Counted from the first letter of the stretch, positions 1-11,508 are shown. The stretch is DNA of 64,000 bases from Eledone cirrhosa (GCA_964016885.1 OZ024742.1:276830001-276894000), one strand, 5' to 3'. A program made the numbers and translations. Notes: generated by a model from the letters alone, not told the origin.

Positions 1-1979
1 AGGGCCGGACATATTGCCTGACCAGGCTCGGTTTCGGGCTGAGCTCCGCACCGAAGATCATGGCGGCGGTCCTCAAGACCGTTCTGGGGAAGGCTGACAA
101 GATGAAGAGGACCACTAACTCCTACATTGATGACATCTTAGTGGACGAGTCGGTGGTGTCGGCGGCGGAGGTCACGAGCCATTTACAGGGGTACGGACTG
201 ACTGCGAAGCCGTCAGAAGCATTGGAGGGAGGAGCCGCGCTGGGACTTAGGCTGCGGCGAGACAGGACGGGCGTTTTGGTATTCCAGAGGGGAAACGAAG
301 TTCCGGAACTGGGCCGAAGTATGAGTAGGCGGGAGCTTTTCTCGGTGTGCGGAAAGCTGGTGGGTCACTACCCGATCGCTGGGTGGCTCCGGACGGCATG
401 CAGCTATGTCAAGAGACGAGCGGGAGGAGTGACTTGGAGTGACAGAGTGGGAGAGAGGACGGTGGCCATGATGCAGGAGATCGTGGGAAGGGTGAAGGCC
501 GACGACCCAGTGCGGGGACGCTGGTATGTTCCCAAATCACAGAGCGGGACCGTGTGGTGCGATGCCAGCAGCATAGCGCTGGGTGACACGTTGGAGATAG
601 GAGGTGTTGAGGTCGAGGATGCAGCCTGGCTTAGAAAGAAGGACGACTGCAATCACATCAATGTGGCCGAACTGGACGCGGTGTTGAGAGGGGTGAACCT
701 CGCCCTGCGGTGAGGGCTGCACACCATCGAGATACGCACCGACTCGGCTACTGTTCTCAGATGGGTAAGATCAGTGCTCACCACTGAGAAGAGAGTGCGA
801 ACGAGAGGCGCGGCGGAGATGTTGATAAAGCGCCGCCTGGGAACTTTAGGAGAGCTGGCCACTGAGTTCGACCTGAGGCTGAGCGTAGTTTTCATGCCCT
901 CAGAGAAAAACAGGGCGGACATATTAACTAGGGTGAAGAAAGCCTGGATGGGAGCGCCGGAGGAGGTAGAGGATGAGATAGCTGCTGTGTGTCAGCTGAC
1001 CGAGTCGGATTTGAAGGGGTTGCATGACATGCACCACATGGGGGTGGATAGGAGCCTGTTCCTAGCAAGGAGAATCGACCCGGACGTTAGCAGACATAGT
1101 GTTCAGGGAGTGGTTAGAGGCTGCGTCCGATGTCAGTCCATTGATCCCGCCCCGGGTGTACACGAAACGGGAAGCCTCCCGGTGGATCGCGACTGGAAGC
1201 GATTAGCGGTGGATGTGACGCACTACCGGCAGGGAACGTACCTCTCGCTGGTCGACTGTGGACCAGGTCGAATGGCGATATGGAGGGAGATGAGGACTGG
1301 AACGGTCGAGGAAATCGTGCGGACGTTGAGAGAGGTGTTCTTGGAGCGGGGTCCTGTGGACGAACTGCTGATGGACAACGGCGCAGCGTTCCGCTCGGAG
1401 GCACTGAGGGAGATGCTCGATGGATGGAAGGTGAACCGTTTCTTCAGAGCTGCGCACAGGCCGAGCGGGAATGGAATCGTGGAGCGACACCACCGGACGA
1501 TCAAGGCAATGGCGGAGCGGGGCCATGTCTCACCAATGGAGGCAGTGTTCTGGTACAACATGTCCCCTCGGGTTGGACAGGTCGAGGAATCGGTGCCACA
1601 CAGAGCAGTGTTCAAATACGAGTGGAGGCACCACAACGGCCAGTGGGGAAAGAGAGTGCATTCGTGCAGGTGGACGAAGAAGTCTGGGTTAAGCCCCCAG
1701 ATGCACCTTGCACATCTCAATGGGGAAGGGGAACAGTGACGGCCGTAAATTCAAAGAACAATGTGTCCGTGGACCACGTCATGTGTCCGGGTACCATGTC
1801 ATGTCCTGGATGTAAGAAGAGTCACTGTGTCGACGGACTCCGAGGAAGAGGAAACCCAAGACGAGGTGGAAACTCAGAGCCCTGCCCCAATACTACGGAG
1901 ATCGCAACGATGTCTTAGACCACCAACCTGGACAGCAGACTTCCACATGCAGAGAGACGAGGAGGAAATTGATCCTTGA
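1..1979 (+). pseudogene. pol: Gypsy pol polyprotein (RT-RNase H-integrase), disrupted
   Basis: ORFs 60-713 and 774-1739 share a frame and are split by TGA at 711-713 (probably TGG>TGA); frameshifts follow after ~1630. Confidence 0.9.
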
Positions 1980-1992
1980 GATCAGGAGGGTG

Positions 1993-2369
1993 TGTGGGTA
2001 TGGTGTGGCGTGCGGTGGCTGCAGGTGCCTAGTGGTGCCTAGCAACGGGGCGAACGCCAGTTTGGGCAGTGTCTAGCAACGGGGTGAACGCAAGTTTGGG
2101 CAGTACCTAGCGTAGTACCTAGCAACGGCGTAAACGCCAGTTTGGGATCTCCCGGTGCTAGGCAGTTGAAAGCAGGCAGGCGAGGAGTAAAGAGCAGGAC
2201 GATAGCAGCGCTAGTGAAAAGAGCAAAACGATATGGGACTGTTGATACAACGATAGAACGGCCAACCGAGGAAGACGGACGTACACGAAATGGTCTTCAA
2301 ACTACCATGCAGTGGAGATTGAGCAGCGCCTTTGAAAAGCGGTAAGTGAGATAGCTTTTTCCAACCACA
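1993..2369 (+). repeat. Gypsy 3' LTR (~377 bp) with three internal ~33-bp tandem units
   Basis: Follows the PPT; 5-bp inverted termini TGTGG/CCACA; ctagcaacgg..gaacgccagtttggg repeated at 2034-2146; the Tx1 endonuclease reading stops exactly at 2370. Confidence 0.75.
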
Positions 2370-3055
2370 CGCAGGTCACTAATTTGTGATCTGTATAGCC
2401 AACCGTGAGCATTTCTGGACGGCTTAATATGTCCCTATCCTTACTTCTAACTAAGAATCTATCTAAGTACGATCTAGATTGACCACTGTGGTTCGTCCAA
2501 GTCCAGGTTGGCACAGTTGGAAAATCTAGTCGATATCTGTCGACCAAGTTAAAACAGTCGAATAACCCCTTGAGGCTGTTACACCCTCCTCTATTAGGAC
2601 ATGCTCCTGCATAGTCCCAACGTGCATCTAGGATGTCATTCCAGTCCCCCGCTAGAAGCAGGGAACGCGACGTTCCCAGAAAAGTCTCCAGACGCTGGAA
2701 GAAGTCGGGTCGTTCAGCTCCGAAAGGGAAGTAGACGGCGATCAGTCTCAAGGCCGCACCTCCACTACTGCCAACGTCTAGCACCAACAAACGACCTTCC
2801 GGGTCCGAGTGAACAACCTGTACGGCGAGACCCAAGTGTTTTTCCAACCCCACCCCCACCTCCAGGTTGACAGAGAGATGCGTGCACCTCAAAGTCATCG
2901 AAGGTAGCGGCCAGCTGCCGCACGACACTGATCCGAGTCTCACAGATAACCATTACATTTATACCACGTGACCTGAGGTCATTTAGAAGCTTTGCATGCT
3001 TCCAAGTTGAGCCCAGGCCACGTGCATTCAAACATCCTACTCTTAACACATCCAT
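2370..3055 (-). pseudogene. Tx1/L1 ORF2 APE endonuclease domain (frameshifted)
   Basis: ORFs 2765-3055 and 2302-2943 join across a frameshift into one APE domain ending in DHKLVTC. Confidence 0.88.
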
Positions 3056-3059
3056 GTGG

Positions 3060-4990
3060 GCGGCAAAGCCAAAGGAGAGTGTAGAGACCTACCTTTCTGC
3101 TTCCCGGGGTTCGGGTCGCACGACTTGCATGGGGTCGGGGGTGTTGGGTGAAGGGGTGTCTTGTGGTGTGGGGTTGTCAGTGTGGTGGGGTTGGGGTGTT
3201 TGGAGTTGTGTTGGGGAGGGGAAGGGGAGGGGGAAAGCTTTTTAGGAGGACGCGGTTTATGGGTTTGACAGAGGGTGGTCCTACGTCCTCCTTAAAATCC
3301 TTTTTTAGTTTTTGGTAGAGGTTCATTGGGACCTTTATTAATTTTAATTGTGGGTTGTTTTCTGAAAAAACAAAGTTTACCCCTTCGGTTTGTACCGAAG
3401 GGTTATTGTTTATGAGTTCATTTAATTTATTATTGTTTCTGTTGATGTAAGTATAGTGTAATGTCTTTTTTTCGGATGGTGTGAGTGTTTCGAAGAGGGG
3501 AGGGGCAGGTTTGGTTTTGTTTGTTGCTGGAGGGATGTTTTGTGTTTTGTTGGATTGTGTTGACATTTGGGTAGGGGCTGTTTGGCCTTGTGTGTTTTGC
3601 ACATGTTTTCTTTTTTTCCTTTTAATCTGTCTGAAGGACTCCGTTTCTTCCTCCGAATTCGTTGGGTCATCTTCAGTGTTGGAGGGAAGAAGTATGTTTG
3701 TTGGTAGTGTTTCCGTGTTAGTTTTCTTTGTGGGGGAGATGGATGTCACTATGTTAGACTGTGTTGTGTGTTGTGGCTGCAGTGCTGTGTTGTTTTATTG
3801 AGTGAGGGGTTGGGTGGGACTGTGTTTTGTTTTTGGGTAATGTGTTGTGTCTGTTTGTGCTGTGGTGGTGGTGTAGTTTTACTGAGGGACGGGTTGGGTG
3901 GGACTGAGTTTTGTTGTTTGTTTATCTGTTGTGGTGGTGGTGGAGCTGGTGTTGGTAGCAGGGTTTTCTTCTTGTTGAGTTGCGGACAAGCCGCCTTCAG
4001 GTGCCCTCTGCCTGCACAGATATGACAGGACGGCCTTCTCCCCTCCATGCTAATGTTTATATACCCGTGGCCCTCTAATAGGATTCTGTCGGGTATTTGG
4101 GCAATGCGTTCAGGCTTCATTTGCACTACAAGTTCTATACCTGTTCCACTGAACGCATTGCCTGTGGTTTTCCCAATGGAAATCACGTTGTCATTCGCTG
4201 GATCGATGAAGCCAGCTATGAACCAGCAGTAGTCCACATCTGGCATCATCGCATCCAGCCATATGCGCTGAGTTCTTTTACCCATATAAGATGGATAAAA
4301 GGTAAAATTTATCGAACGAATCGGCGACAAAGCATATTTTTTGCCGCCGATTCGTTCTTCATAATAATGGCCAGGCTTCCATACAGCCTGTCTCTTCTTA
4401 TGAAAGTGGCTTCATTAAATACTTCTCTAAGTACCGCTTTAATTTCTACTTGTGTTGGTTGTTGCGGCTTTTTTGAGATGTTGTTGATGGTGCGGAAAAC
4501 GACCGTCCGACTTTCAATATCTTTGGTGAGTTCTTGGGGCATTTTTACTGACAAGGCTCCATTTTCCCCTTGAGTTATGAATTGTTTGGCGTTTTTTATT
4601 CTTTGTGCCACATCTAAAATATTTTCAGGTATGTACGTTAAAGATTTTTTTGTTGCTTGTGCAAATTAGATGTTATTGGTGTTGACTTTGTCGTCTGTTT
4701 TGCTTTCTGTTATGATGTTGTTGTTTTCAAATGTTATTTTTGTGTTTGTTGTTTCTTTGTTTGTGGTATTAATATTGTCATGCAATTCTTTCAAATTTTT
4801 GTTGTTGTTGGAATCAATCTCCAGATTTGTGTTTTCGTCGACATTTTTCTCCGCACATTCATCTGTTTTTATTTTATTTTTCCTTTCCTTCTCTATGACG
4901 TTAGTTGGGAAGGGGGGACTAAAGCGTGCAAGCTTACAACTCTTACCGCTGTCCCCCCACCACTATTTTCGTTAGCTTCATTTAACATTT
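3060..4990 (-). pseudogene. Tx1/L1 ORF1 (gag-like, CCHC knuckle), frameshifted; boundaries approximate
   Basis: ORF pieces 4309-4611, 3749-4330 and 3177-3749; CX2CX4HX4C motif; Pro/Gln/Thr-rich linker with a ~84-bp duplication. Confidence 0.8.
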
Positions 4991-6049
4991 CTCCCAGACG
5001 ATTGAAATTTTATGCAACAAAATTTTTTTAAAAACAGGTTTTTCACCCCTGGGAGGGGCGAAAATGAGCTGACCCACCGCCTGACAGTTCAGACGGGGGG
5101 TCAAGCTACACAATAGTATCAAAATTAAAATTAAACTTACAAAATTTCCGCAATAAATTGGAACAAAACTTCTGCGCGAAGTGAATTACGTCTATGCTAT
5201 CGAACAGACGACAGCTAGATTGACCAAGAGATAGAGATAGAGTGAAAGAGAGAGAGTAAGAGTCTGTAAGACCCAAAGGGGTCTGTAGAAAGCAAATGTT
5301 TTACATGTTTACTCTATCAAGAACAGCTCCGAACTGCTGCCTGTGCTGATCTAAGGCAGGCTGTTTATCTATGTCACTTCCTCTATCCCCAAGCCTTGAG
5401 AACAAAGGGCTGACCTCTAGAAGTCATCCACTCTCAGACCTGTTGATGCCCGAAAGGAGATAATCCAGAAAATGACCGTTAAATGTCACCCAGGGGTCAA
5501 GGTGTAGACAGATTTCGCTACACTACCACTCACTACACGGATATACAGATATGCACAAACTTTCATACTTTACACAATATACCTTAAAAAAACCACATAT
5601 GTTTAAACATACATATACTTGCACCTACGATATTAACACTAATACACACACATTTCACTTTGTGCCCTAAAATTGTTAGCAAGACTACCTAACCGTTTAT
5701 CTTGATTACTCTCATTATTTCCGGTTTTTTTTACTTGGACTACCTTTTATTTTCTATATCTATCCTTTGTGATCCTGTCTCTATTTTTGTACTCCCGAAG
5801 AAGGACTAAAGCCTGACACGTTGAACTTTCTTTCCCCTTTTCCATATGAAGCGTGAAACTAATAAGACTTTTTGTACCTCTGTTTTGTCATCTTGAAATA
5901 TATATATTTTTTTTCTTTCATCCAGCTGTAGAAATCAAGCCAGAATCAGTTCTGTATAAGCAAGGCATGGTCACCCGACCTGGCATTGCCCACAACAGAA
6001 CAACTCATCTAATCCATGTTAGCGTGGAAAAATGGACGTAAAACAGTGA

Positions 6050-6136
<87 letters not shown>

Positions 6137-6155
6137 AGATATATATATATATAAG
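6050..6155. repeat. (TA)n microsatellite
   Basis: Direct observation. Confidence 0.95.
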
Positions 6156-6453
6156 ATATAAGAGAATAATTGAAAGTGGAAAAATCCACTTTTGTTTTTG
6201 AAGCTCAATGTTTTATTCAGGTGTAATTTCATACTGGAGTATGACGATGATGAAAATCACAGAGCATAAATATTCAAATCAAAAGGAATAACCAAAGTCA
6301 TTACTCAGTTAAAACCAATTATTTATATGAATGTTTCAATTAAAATAGATATAGTACCAATTAAATAAAGAAAGAAATTATTTATATGGTATAAACATCT
6401 CTCATAATCTCAACAGGATAACATGGATTAATTAGATGGCCTTGGTTATGAAT

Positions 6454-6679
6454 TTAACCCTTTAGCATTTAAACAGGCTGTATCCGGCCAGAATTCTCTC
6501 ACTTCTTTCTATTCAAACTGGCCATAACTGGCTGCTCATACTGATGTTATAAATAACATCAAATAAATAACATCAAAATCTTGTAGATTCGATATTATGT
6601 GACATAATTATGTGAGATAAAGCATTTACCACAAAAATACAATAATATATGTAGAGTAATCTAAATGCTAAAGGGTTTA
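6454..6679 (+). mobile_element. piggyBac-like MITE (~220 bp)
   Basis: TTAA-CCCTTTAGCATTT...AAATGCTAAAGGG terminal inverted repeats; same family at 9628, 31173, 32139, 47833 and 55337. Confidence 0.8.
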
Positions 6680-7059
6680 TATATATATATTCTATTTCTC
6701 TCCTTTCTGTATCTTTTTATCCTTTGGCTAAGCCCTTGCACACTGTTCTCTCACTTCTTTGTCAGTTGACACACAAGGGATACATTTTCATCTGTAATGT
6801 ATGGAAAAGCATAACTTGTCTTTACCTATTTTATTGTGTCTCAATGTGCACTGGAATGAATTGTATTAGCCATAATGATCCAAAACCATTGTGATTTTCT
6901 GAGGTTGGCTGAAGAGATGGGTCTACCTGTTTTTCCATTGTCTTTTTCCTGTGTGCACCCCCATCCTATTTTGAATATATATATATATCATGGTAGTGTT
7001 GAATCTCTCTTGTTTCTAACAATAAATACTCCAGTTGATTTAATCAATGTAACTGCCTG

Positions 7060-7310
7060 CTCATGAAATTAACCTGTAAGTTTCTGAGCATTTCACAGAC
7101 ACATGCCCCTTTAATGTAGTTCTCAGGTAGATTCAGTATGTCACAATGTATGACATGGCTGTCTCCTTGAACTAGAGGTACAACTGTGTGGGCTGAAGCA
7201 ATGTGAAATAAAGTGTTTTGCTCAAGGCCACAACATGCCCAGTCCAGGAATTGAATTTACGACCTCATAATTGTGAGCCCAGCATCCTAACCACTAAGTC
7301 AGGTGCCCTT
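7060..7310 (-). mobile_element. tRNA-derived SINE with CORE/Meta-like body
   Basis: On -: tRNA-like head (acttagtggttagg...aattcaattcc) and ccttgagcaaaacactttatttcac; related copies at 22820, 30395 and 47417. Confidence 0.7.
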
Positions 7311-7424
7311 GTTTGTTTGTGAAAACACATTAATAAAAATATGACAAAAATGTATAAAATTACTGAAAGTTGTTCAAATTTGAAAAACTTCTCATTCCAA
7401 TTTTTCCACTCCATTTTATTTCAG

Positions 7425-7564
7425 GTGCCACTCCAATGAACATAGCAGACAATGCAAAAAATATAGAAGCTATCAATATCCTCAAAAATATTGAAGCTAA
7501 CGGAAGTTTGTTTGAAGATATTTCCATGAAAATCAAGAAAGATTCATGTTTAATGTTTGAGGAG
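7425..7564 (+). CDS. NFKB1: NF-kB p105/Relish-like protein, exon encoding the last ankyrin repeat (GATPMNIADNAKNIEAINILK...)
   Basis: tttcag acceptor, GAG/gtaaaa donor; resembles the p105 segment GTTPLDMA..VFDILN that precedes the death domain. Confidence 0.8.
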
Positions 7565-7787
7565 GTAAAATTCATTTGCTGACCATAAACCATCTTTGTA
7601 GATCTATTTCTATACACACACATATGTATATATATGGTGTGTGTGTGTATAGAAACATAAATACTTATATAGCTTGGATGGATACCATACAATGAGAGAA
7701 TAAGTCCTCAGCATGATATATATAAATTTATATATGTTATTTTACCATTTTGGAAATAATTGAAACCTTTATCATTTACTATTTCAG

Positions 7788-7830
7788 AACAACCCATTTG
7801 AAGCAATACAAGAAAGAGCATTCTGTCAAG
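7788..7830 (+). CDS. NFKB1: NF-kB p105-like, 43-bp linker exon (NNPFEAIQERAFCQ-G)
   Basis: atttcag acceptor, AAG/gtaatt donor; phase 0 to 1 fits both neighbouring exons. Confidence 0.78.
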
Positions 7831-7863
7831 GTAATTTATTTAACACACACACACATTATATAT

Positions 7864-8004
7864 AACAAAATTTAATATAGAAATAGCTTCTACAAGACTA
7901 AAACTGTTTCATTCAAAGGATATCATCAGGGCGTTTCCTACTGATTTCCTTCAAATAAAACAATTCCTCGTCCTGTAGAAGCCATTTCTATATTAAATTT
8001 TGTT
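7864..8004 (-). mobile_element. Penelope-like terminal remnant: ~31-bp inverted repeats enclosing a hammerhead-like core
   Basis: aacaaaatttaatatagaaatagcttctaca / tgtagaagccatttctatattaaattttgtt; CTGATGA...GAAAC on - at ~7905-7929. Confidence 0.55.
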
Positions 8005-8086
8005 CTATACACTCTACTAATGTATTGAGTACTTTACTTACTGTGGTTACCCCTGATTGAACCCGGGTCTCACACACACACATATA

Positions 8087-9135
8087 TATCATCATCACTG
8101 TTTAACGTCCATTTTCCATGCTAGCATGGGTTAGACGAGTTGCCCCGTTGCGAGACAAGCCAGGTTTGATGACCATTCACGACTGGTTTTGGCTTGGTTT
8201 CTACATCTGGATGCCCTTCCTAACACCAACCACATTTACGATCTGTGTTAGGTGCTTTTTGTCATGACACCTACACGACCACTTTACAGTGTGGCCCGGG
8301 TGCTTTTTGTTGTGTTACTTACATGACCACTAGAGTGAGAATGGGATGGAGAAAGTTCAGGGACCTACAACTGCTGCTAACTACAAAAGGTTTTCCCCTC
8401 AAAATGAAGGGTAGATTGTATGAAGTGTGTATATGAGCAGCAGTGTTACATGGTAGTGAGACCTGGGCGCTGTGTGCAGAGGACCTGCGATGATTGGAAA
8501 GAAATAAAACCTGCATGCTCCAATGGATGTGTAATAATAATGTACACAAACAACAAAGCATAAATGAACTGAGAAAGAAACTGAGCATAAGAGGGATCAG
8601 GTGCCGTGTGGATGAGAGTGACAGCTGTATAAAAAGGTGCAGGGCACGCAAAGTTGACGGAAGCTATGGAGAAGGATGACCTAAGAAGATTTGGGTTGAG
8701 GTGATAAAAGCTGACCTTGCACAATTGCATCTCTCAAAGGCACTGATACAGGATCAAGAACTTTGGTGTTATGCAGTAATACAGAAGACATGCCTTCCCA
8801 TGTGCATGAGTTGAAGTATACATCTATTATGCACCACTATCCTCCTTCCACTGCCATGCACACCCCACACCCTAACATTCCACTCATTTCAAAACACCAC
8901 TTTTCATCCATGTCCTTAGCCACCAGTCCACACTATAAAGTGTTATTTTGGTGACACAACAAAAAGCACCCAATCCACACTGTAAAGTGGTCATTTAGGT
9001 GCCACGATAAAAAGTACCTTGTCCACTCTATAAATCTGGTTGACATTAGGAAGGGCATCTAGCTATAGAAGCCAAGCCAAAAACAGTTTTGTATGAGCAA
9101 GATATGGAAAAATGGACGTTAAAAAATGATGAGGA

Positions 9136-9138
<3 letters not shown>
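8087..9138 (+). mobile_element. 5'-truncated RTE LINE (8330-9138, +) fused back-to-back with an inverted RTE 3' tail (8087-8330)
   Basis: RVRMGWRKFR..KMKGRLYE, HGSETW motifs; (GAT)n tails at both outer ends. Confidence 0.8.
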
Positions 9139-9173
<35 letters not shown>

Positions 9174-9627
9174 TTCATTTTTGGAATTTGTTGTGCAAGA
9201 TTTCTTATCTGAAAATGCGTGTTGAAACAGATATTGTTATATTTTGGAAGGGTCATTCTGTTAATAAAAACACACACACCTGTTGGTTTTCACTTCAATT
9301 TATTATAAATTTCCGGTTGGTTGGTTTATGAACCGGATGGTTGTTTATATATTGTTAAAGCTCTTTTGTCACATTCTGTGACCTCCTCAGTGACTAGTTT
9401 CTTATTTTGTGTCTCTCCTTTGTTCTGTCCTACACCATCTTGTTTTTGTGCGTTGTGTACTGTGTGCTTGGTTTGTGCATGCGTTACATCTGAGTGTGTG
9501 TGTGTTTTTATTTATTTATTTATGTGTTTATTTATTAGTCACTAGTTAGTTGATTAATCTATCTGGTGTATCTGGTTTGCTTTATTAGTTTGTTTTTTGT
9601 GTGTCTCTGTATGTCTTCATTTTGTCT

Positions 9628-10718
9628 TTAACTCTTTAATGTTCAAACCGACCAAAACCGGTCAGAATTCTCTACCTTTTTCTGTTGAAACTGGCTGTAA
9701 CTGGTCACTCAAACTGATGTTAAGGTATTGTTCTCAAAATAAATACTTTCAAAATCTCATAGATTCGATATTATGTGAGATAATTATGTGAGATAAAGCT
9801 TTTACCATGAAAATATAATAGTATACTAGCTGACGTACCCAGCTTCGCCCGGGTAAAACAGATGATAAGAGAAGACAGGTAAAAGAGAAAATGACTGTAT
9901 TGGATGTTTGTCTGGTTACAGTATGAGGCGAGTCCGTGGTGTCTGTGTGATACAAAAAACAGTAAAAAAAATCTTCCAGATATACGAGATTCTTCATTGT
10001 ACCGTTTGTGCATAGTATATGAACAATTCTAGGTGCTCCCGCCTAGAATAGTGACCTCTAGGAGATGGTTCATCTTCTGCCTGACTGTAAAACGTGTATC
10101 ATTGCATAGACGTGGTTGTTCCACGTTTCTCAAAAGGATGATGGAAGTTCCAATCTTTTATATTATATGTAGATGTAGATATAGATAATTAATATAAAAG
10201 ATGATGCTCAGAAGGTACGTCTTCAACCATCGCAGGACGCCGTCGCTGCTTGGCTCCAGTGTTTCGTTGGGGTTGTTCAGCCAGTTCCTCTTCATTCATG
10301 GCGGCACGTCTTCGCCTCTGAAGTTTGGCGTTCCGATGGCGCTGTTCGGCCCGTTTTTCTTCATTCCTGGTTGCACGCCGTTGCCGCTGTAGTTCACTGT
10401 TTGACAAAGTCGAATTGCTTTTATTTTCTGTGGAACGTTACACGCACGCACACACACATAAGCATACGTGCACGTACATACATACGCATACATGGTAATA
10501 GTTACAGCGTTCACTTTGCCTCTCTGTTTCTTACTCTCCCTTCTCACTCCTTCATTGGCATTATGCATATTAATTATGCATATTAATGGCGTCGTTGAGG
10601 TGGGCGGAGTCATTTGAAACCTTTGAACCAATGATAATCGAGAATTATGACACACGGAATAATGACATTGTTGAAATTAATATATAGATATAGAGTAATG
10701 TGAATGCTAAAGTGTTAA
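9628..10718 (+). mobile_element. piggyBac-like MITE split by a Helitron insertion
   Basis: TTAA at both ends; the flanks rejoin to match the uninterrupted copy at 55337-55534 (agtata|tatagagtaatg). Confidence 0.78.
9826..10688 (-). mobile_element. Non-autonomous Helitron (863 bp), internal-deletion derivative of the 39769-45784 element
   Basis: A|TC 5' end, GC hairpin plus CTAG|T 3' end, no TSD; both ends highly similar to the large Helitron. Confidence 0.92.
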
Positions 10719-10904
10719 TTACTAGTTGTGATGTTGTTGCTATTCCACTAATGTTTTCTGTTTAATTTTGGCTGGAGTTTGTTTATGTTTGTTGCATCTT
10801 TTTTACCTCTATGTTCTCTGCTGTGCCCAAATGTTCTATTTTGGCATGATGGTGGAGTACTGATGAGTTTTTCTCATCTTGGAGTTCTTGCCAGTGTTCA
10901 TTTA

Positions 10905-11200
10905 TCCTTTCTCCTAACGCCAACCACATTTACAGTGTGTGCTGGATGCTTTTTGTCGTGCCTCCTACATGACCACTTTATAGTGTAGGGCTGGGTGCTT
11001 TTTGCCGTGATCCTACACAACCACTTTACAGTGTGAGCTGGGTGCTTTTTGCCCTGACTCCTACACAACCACTTTACAGTGTTAGCTGGGTGCATTCTGT
11101 TGTTACTCCTACAAGACTGCTTTACAGTGTGGGCTGGGTGCTTTTTGTCATGTCGGCATCATGACCACTTTACAGTGTGGGCTGGATATGTTTGTTCACA
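10905..11200 (-). repeat. RTE 3'-tail remnant with about seven ~41-bp tandem units
   Basis: accactttacagtgtgggctgggtgcttttt repeated; same array at 23110-23370. Confidence 0.8.
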
Positions 11201-11335
11201 GTGTAAGTGTGGGTGGGTGGAGGTATAGTGGTTAAAAGGTGTCTACAAGATTATGTTTGAGTCTGTATGCATGGGAAGGCATGTCTTCTATCATTTTTTA
11301 TTTTATTTATTTTGAATTTTTCTCCAACATTCTAG

Positions 11336-11508
11336 GTGATATGTACAAAATGACGGCTGAGATAAGAACAAAGTTATCTTCTTTGCTAGATTCTGAAAGT
11401 ATGATGATGAATTGGAGAGATCTTGCTTTACATCTTGACCTGCAATACATAATTGATGAAGCATCCCGTTTTGAAAGTCCAACAAAAGCTGTTCTGGATA
11501 TCTTTGAA
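11336..11508 (+). CDS. NFKB1: NF-kB p105-like, death domain exon 1 (GDMYKMTAEIRTKLSSLLD..NWRDLALHLDL..SPTKAVLDIFE)
   Basis: Aligns by eye with the p105 death domain QGDMKQL..NWATLAQKLGL..APSKTLMDNYE; AG/GT boundaries in frame. Confidence 0.88.

Larger units (their letters stand above)
1..2369 (+). mobile_element. Ty3/Gypsy LTR retrotransposon, 3' part (pol plus 3' LTR); the 5' part lies outside the window
   Basis: RT motif YIDDIL, RNase H CDASS and AELDAV, integrase HHCC (HDMHH..CVRC) and DDE (AVDVT, MDNG, VERHH), RRSQR..PP tail, polypurine tract at ~1978-1990, then an LTR with TGTGG...CCACA ends. Confidence 0.93.
2370..5230 (-). mobile_element. Tx1/L1-clade non-LTR retrotransposon (5'UTR, ORF1, ORF2 endonuclease), interrupted by the Gypsy element
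   Basis: ORF1 with zinc knuckle CHICAGRGHLKAAC; ORF2 APE endonuclease motifs LNARGL, ICETR, GDWNDILD, SYLDRFLV, TDHKLV. Confidence 0.9.

Noticed and set aside
404-1720. Antisense and alternate-frame ORFs over Gypsy pol
   Set aside because: Shadow ORFs of GC-rich coding sequence with no motifs
6016-6201. IY-repeat ORFs (also 21262-21596, 24532-24744)
   Set aside because: Translations of (TA)n microsatellites
10925-11190. CRISPR-like periodic array (also at 23110-23370)
   Set aside because: Tandem units without unique spacers, no cas genes, and part of a eukaryotic RTE tail
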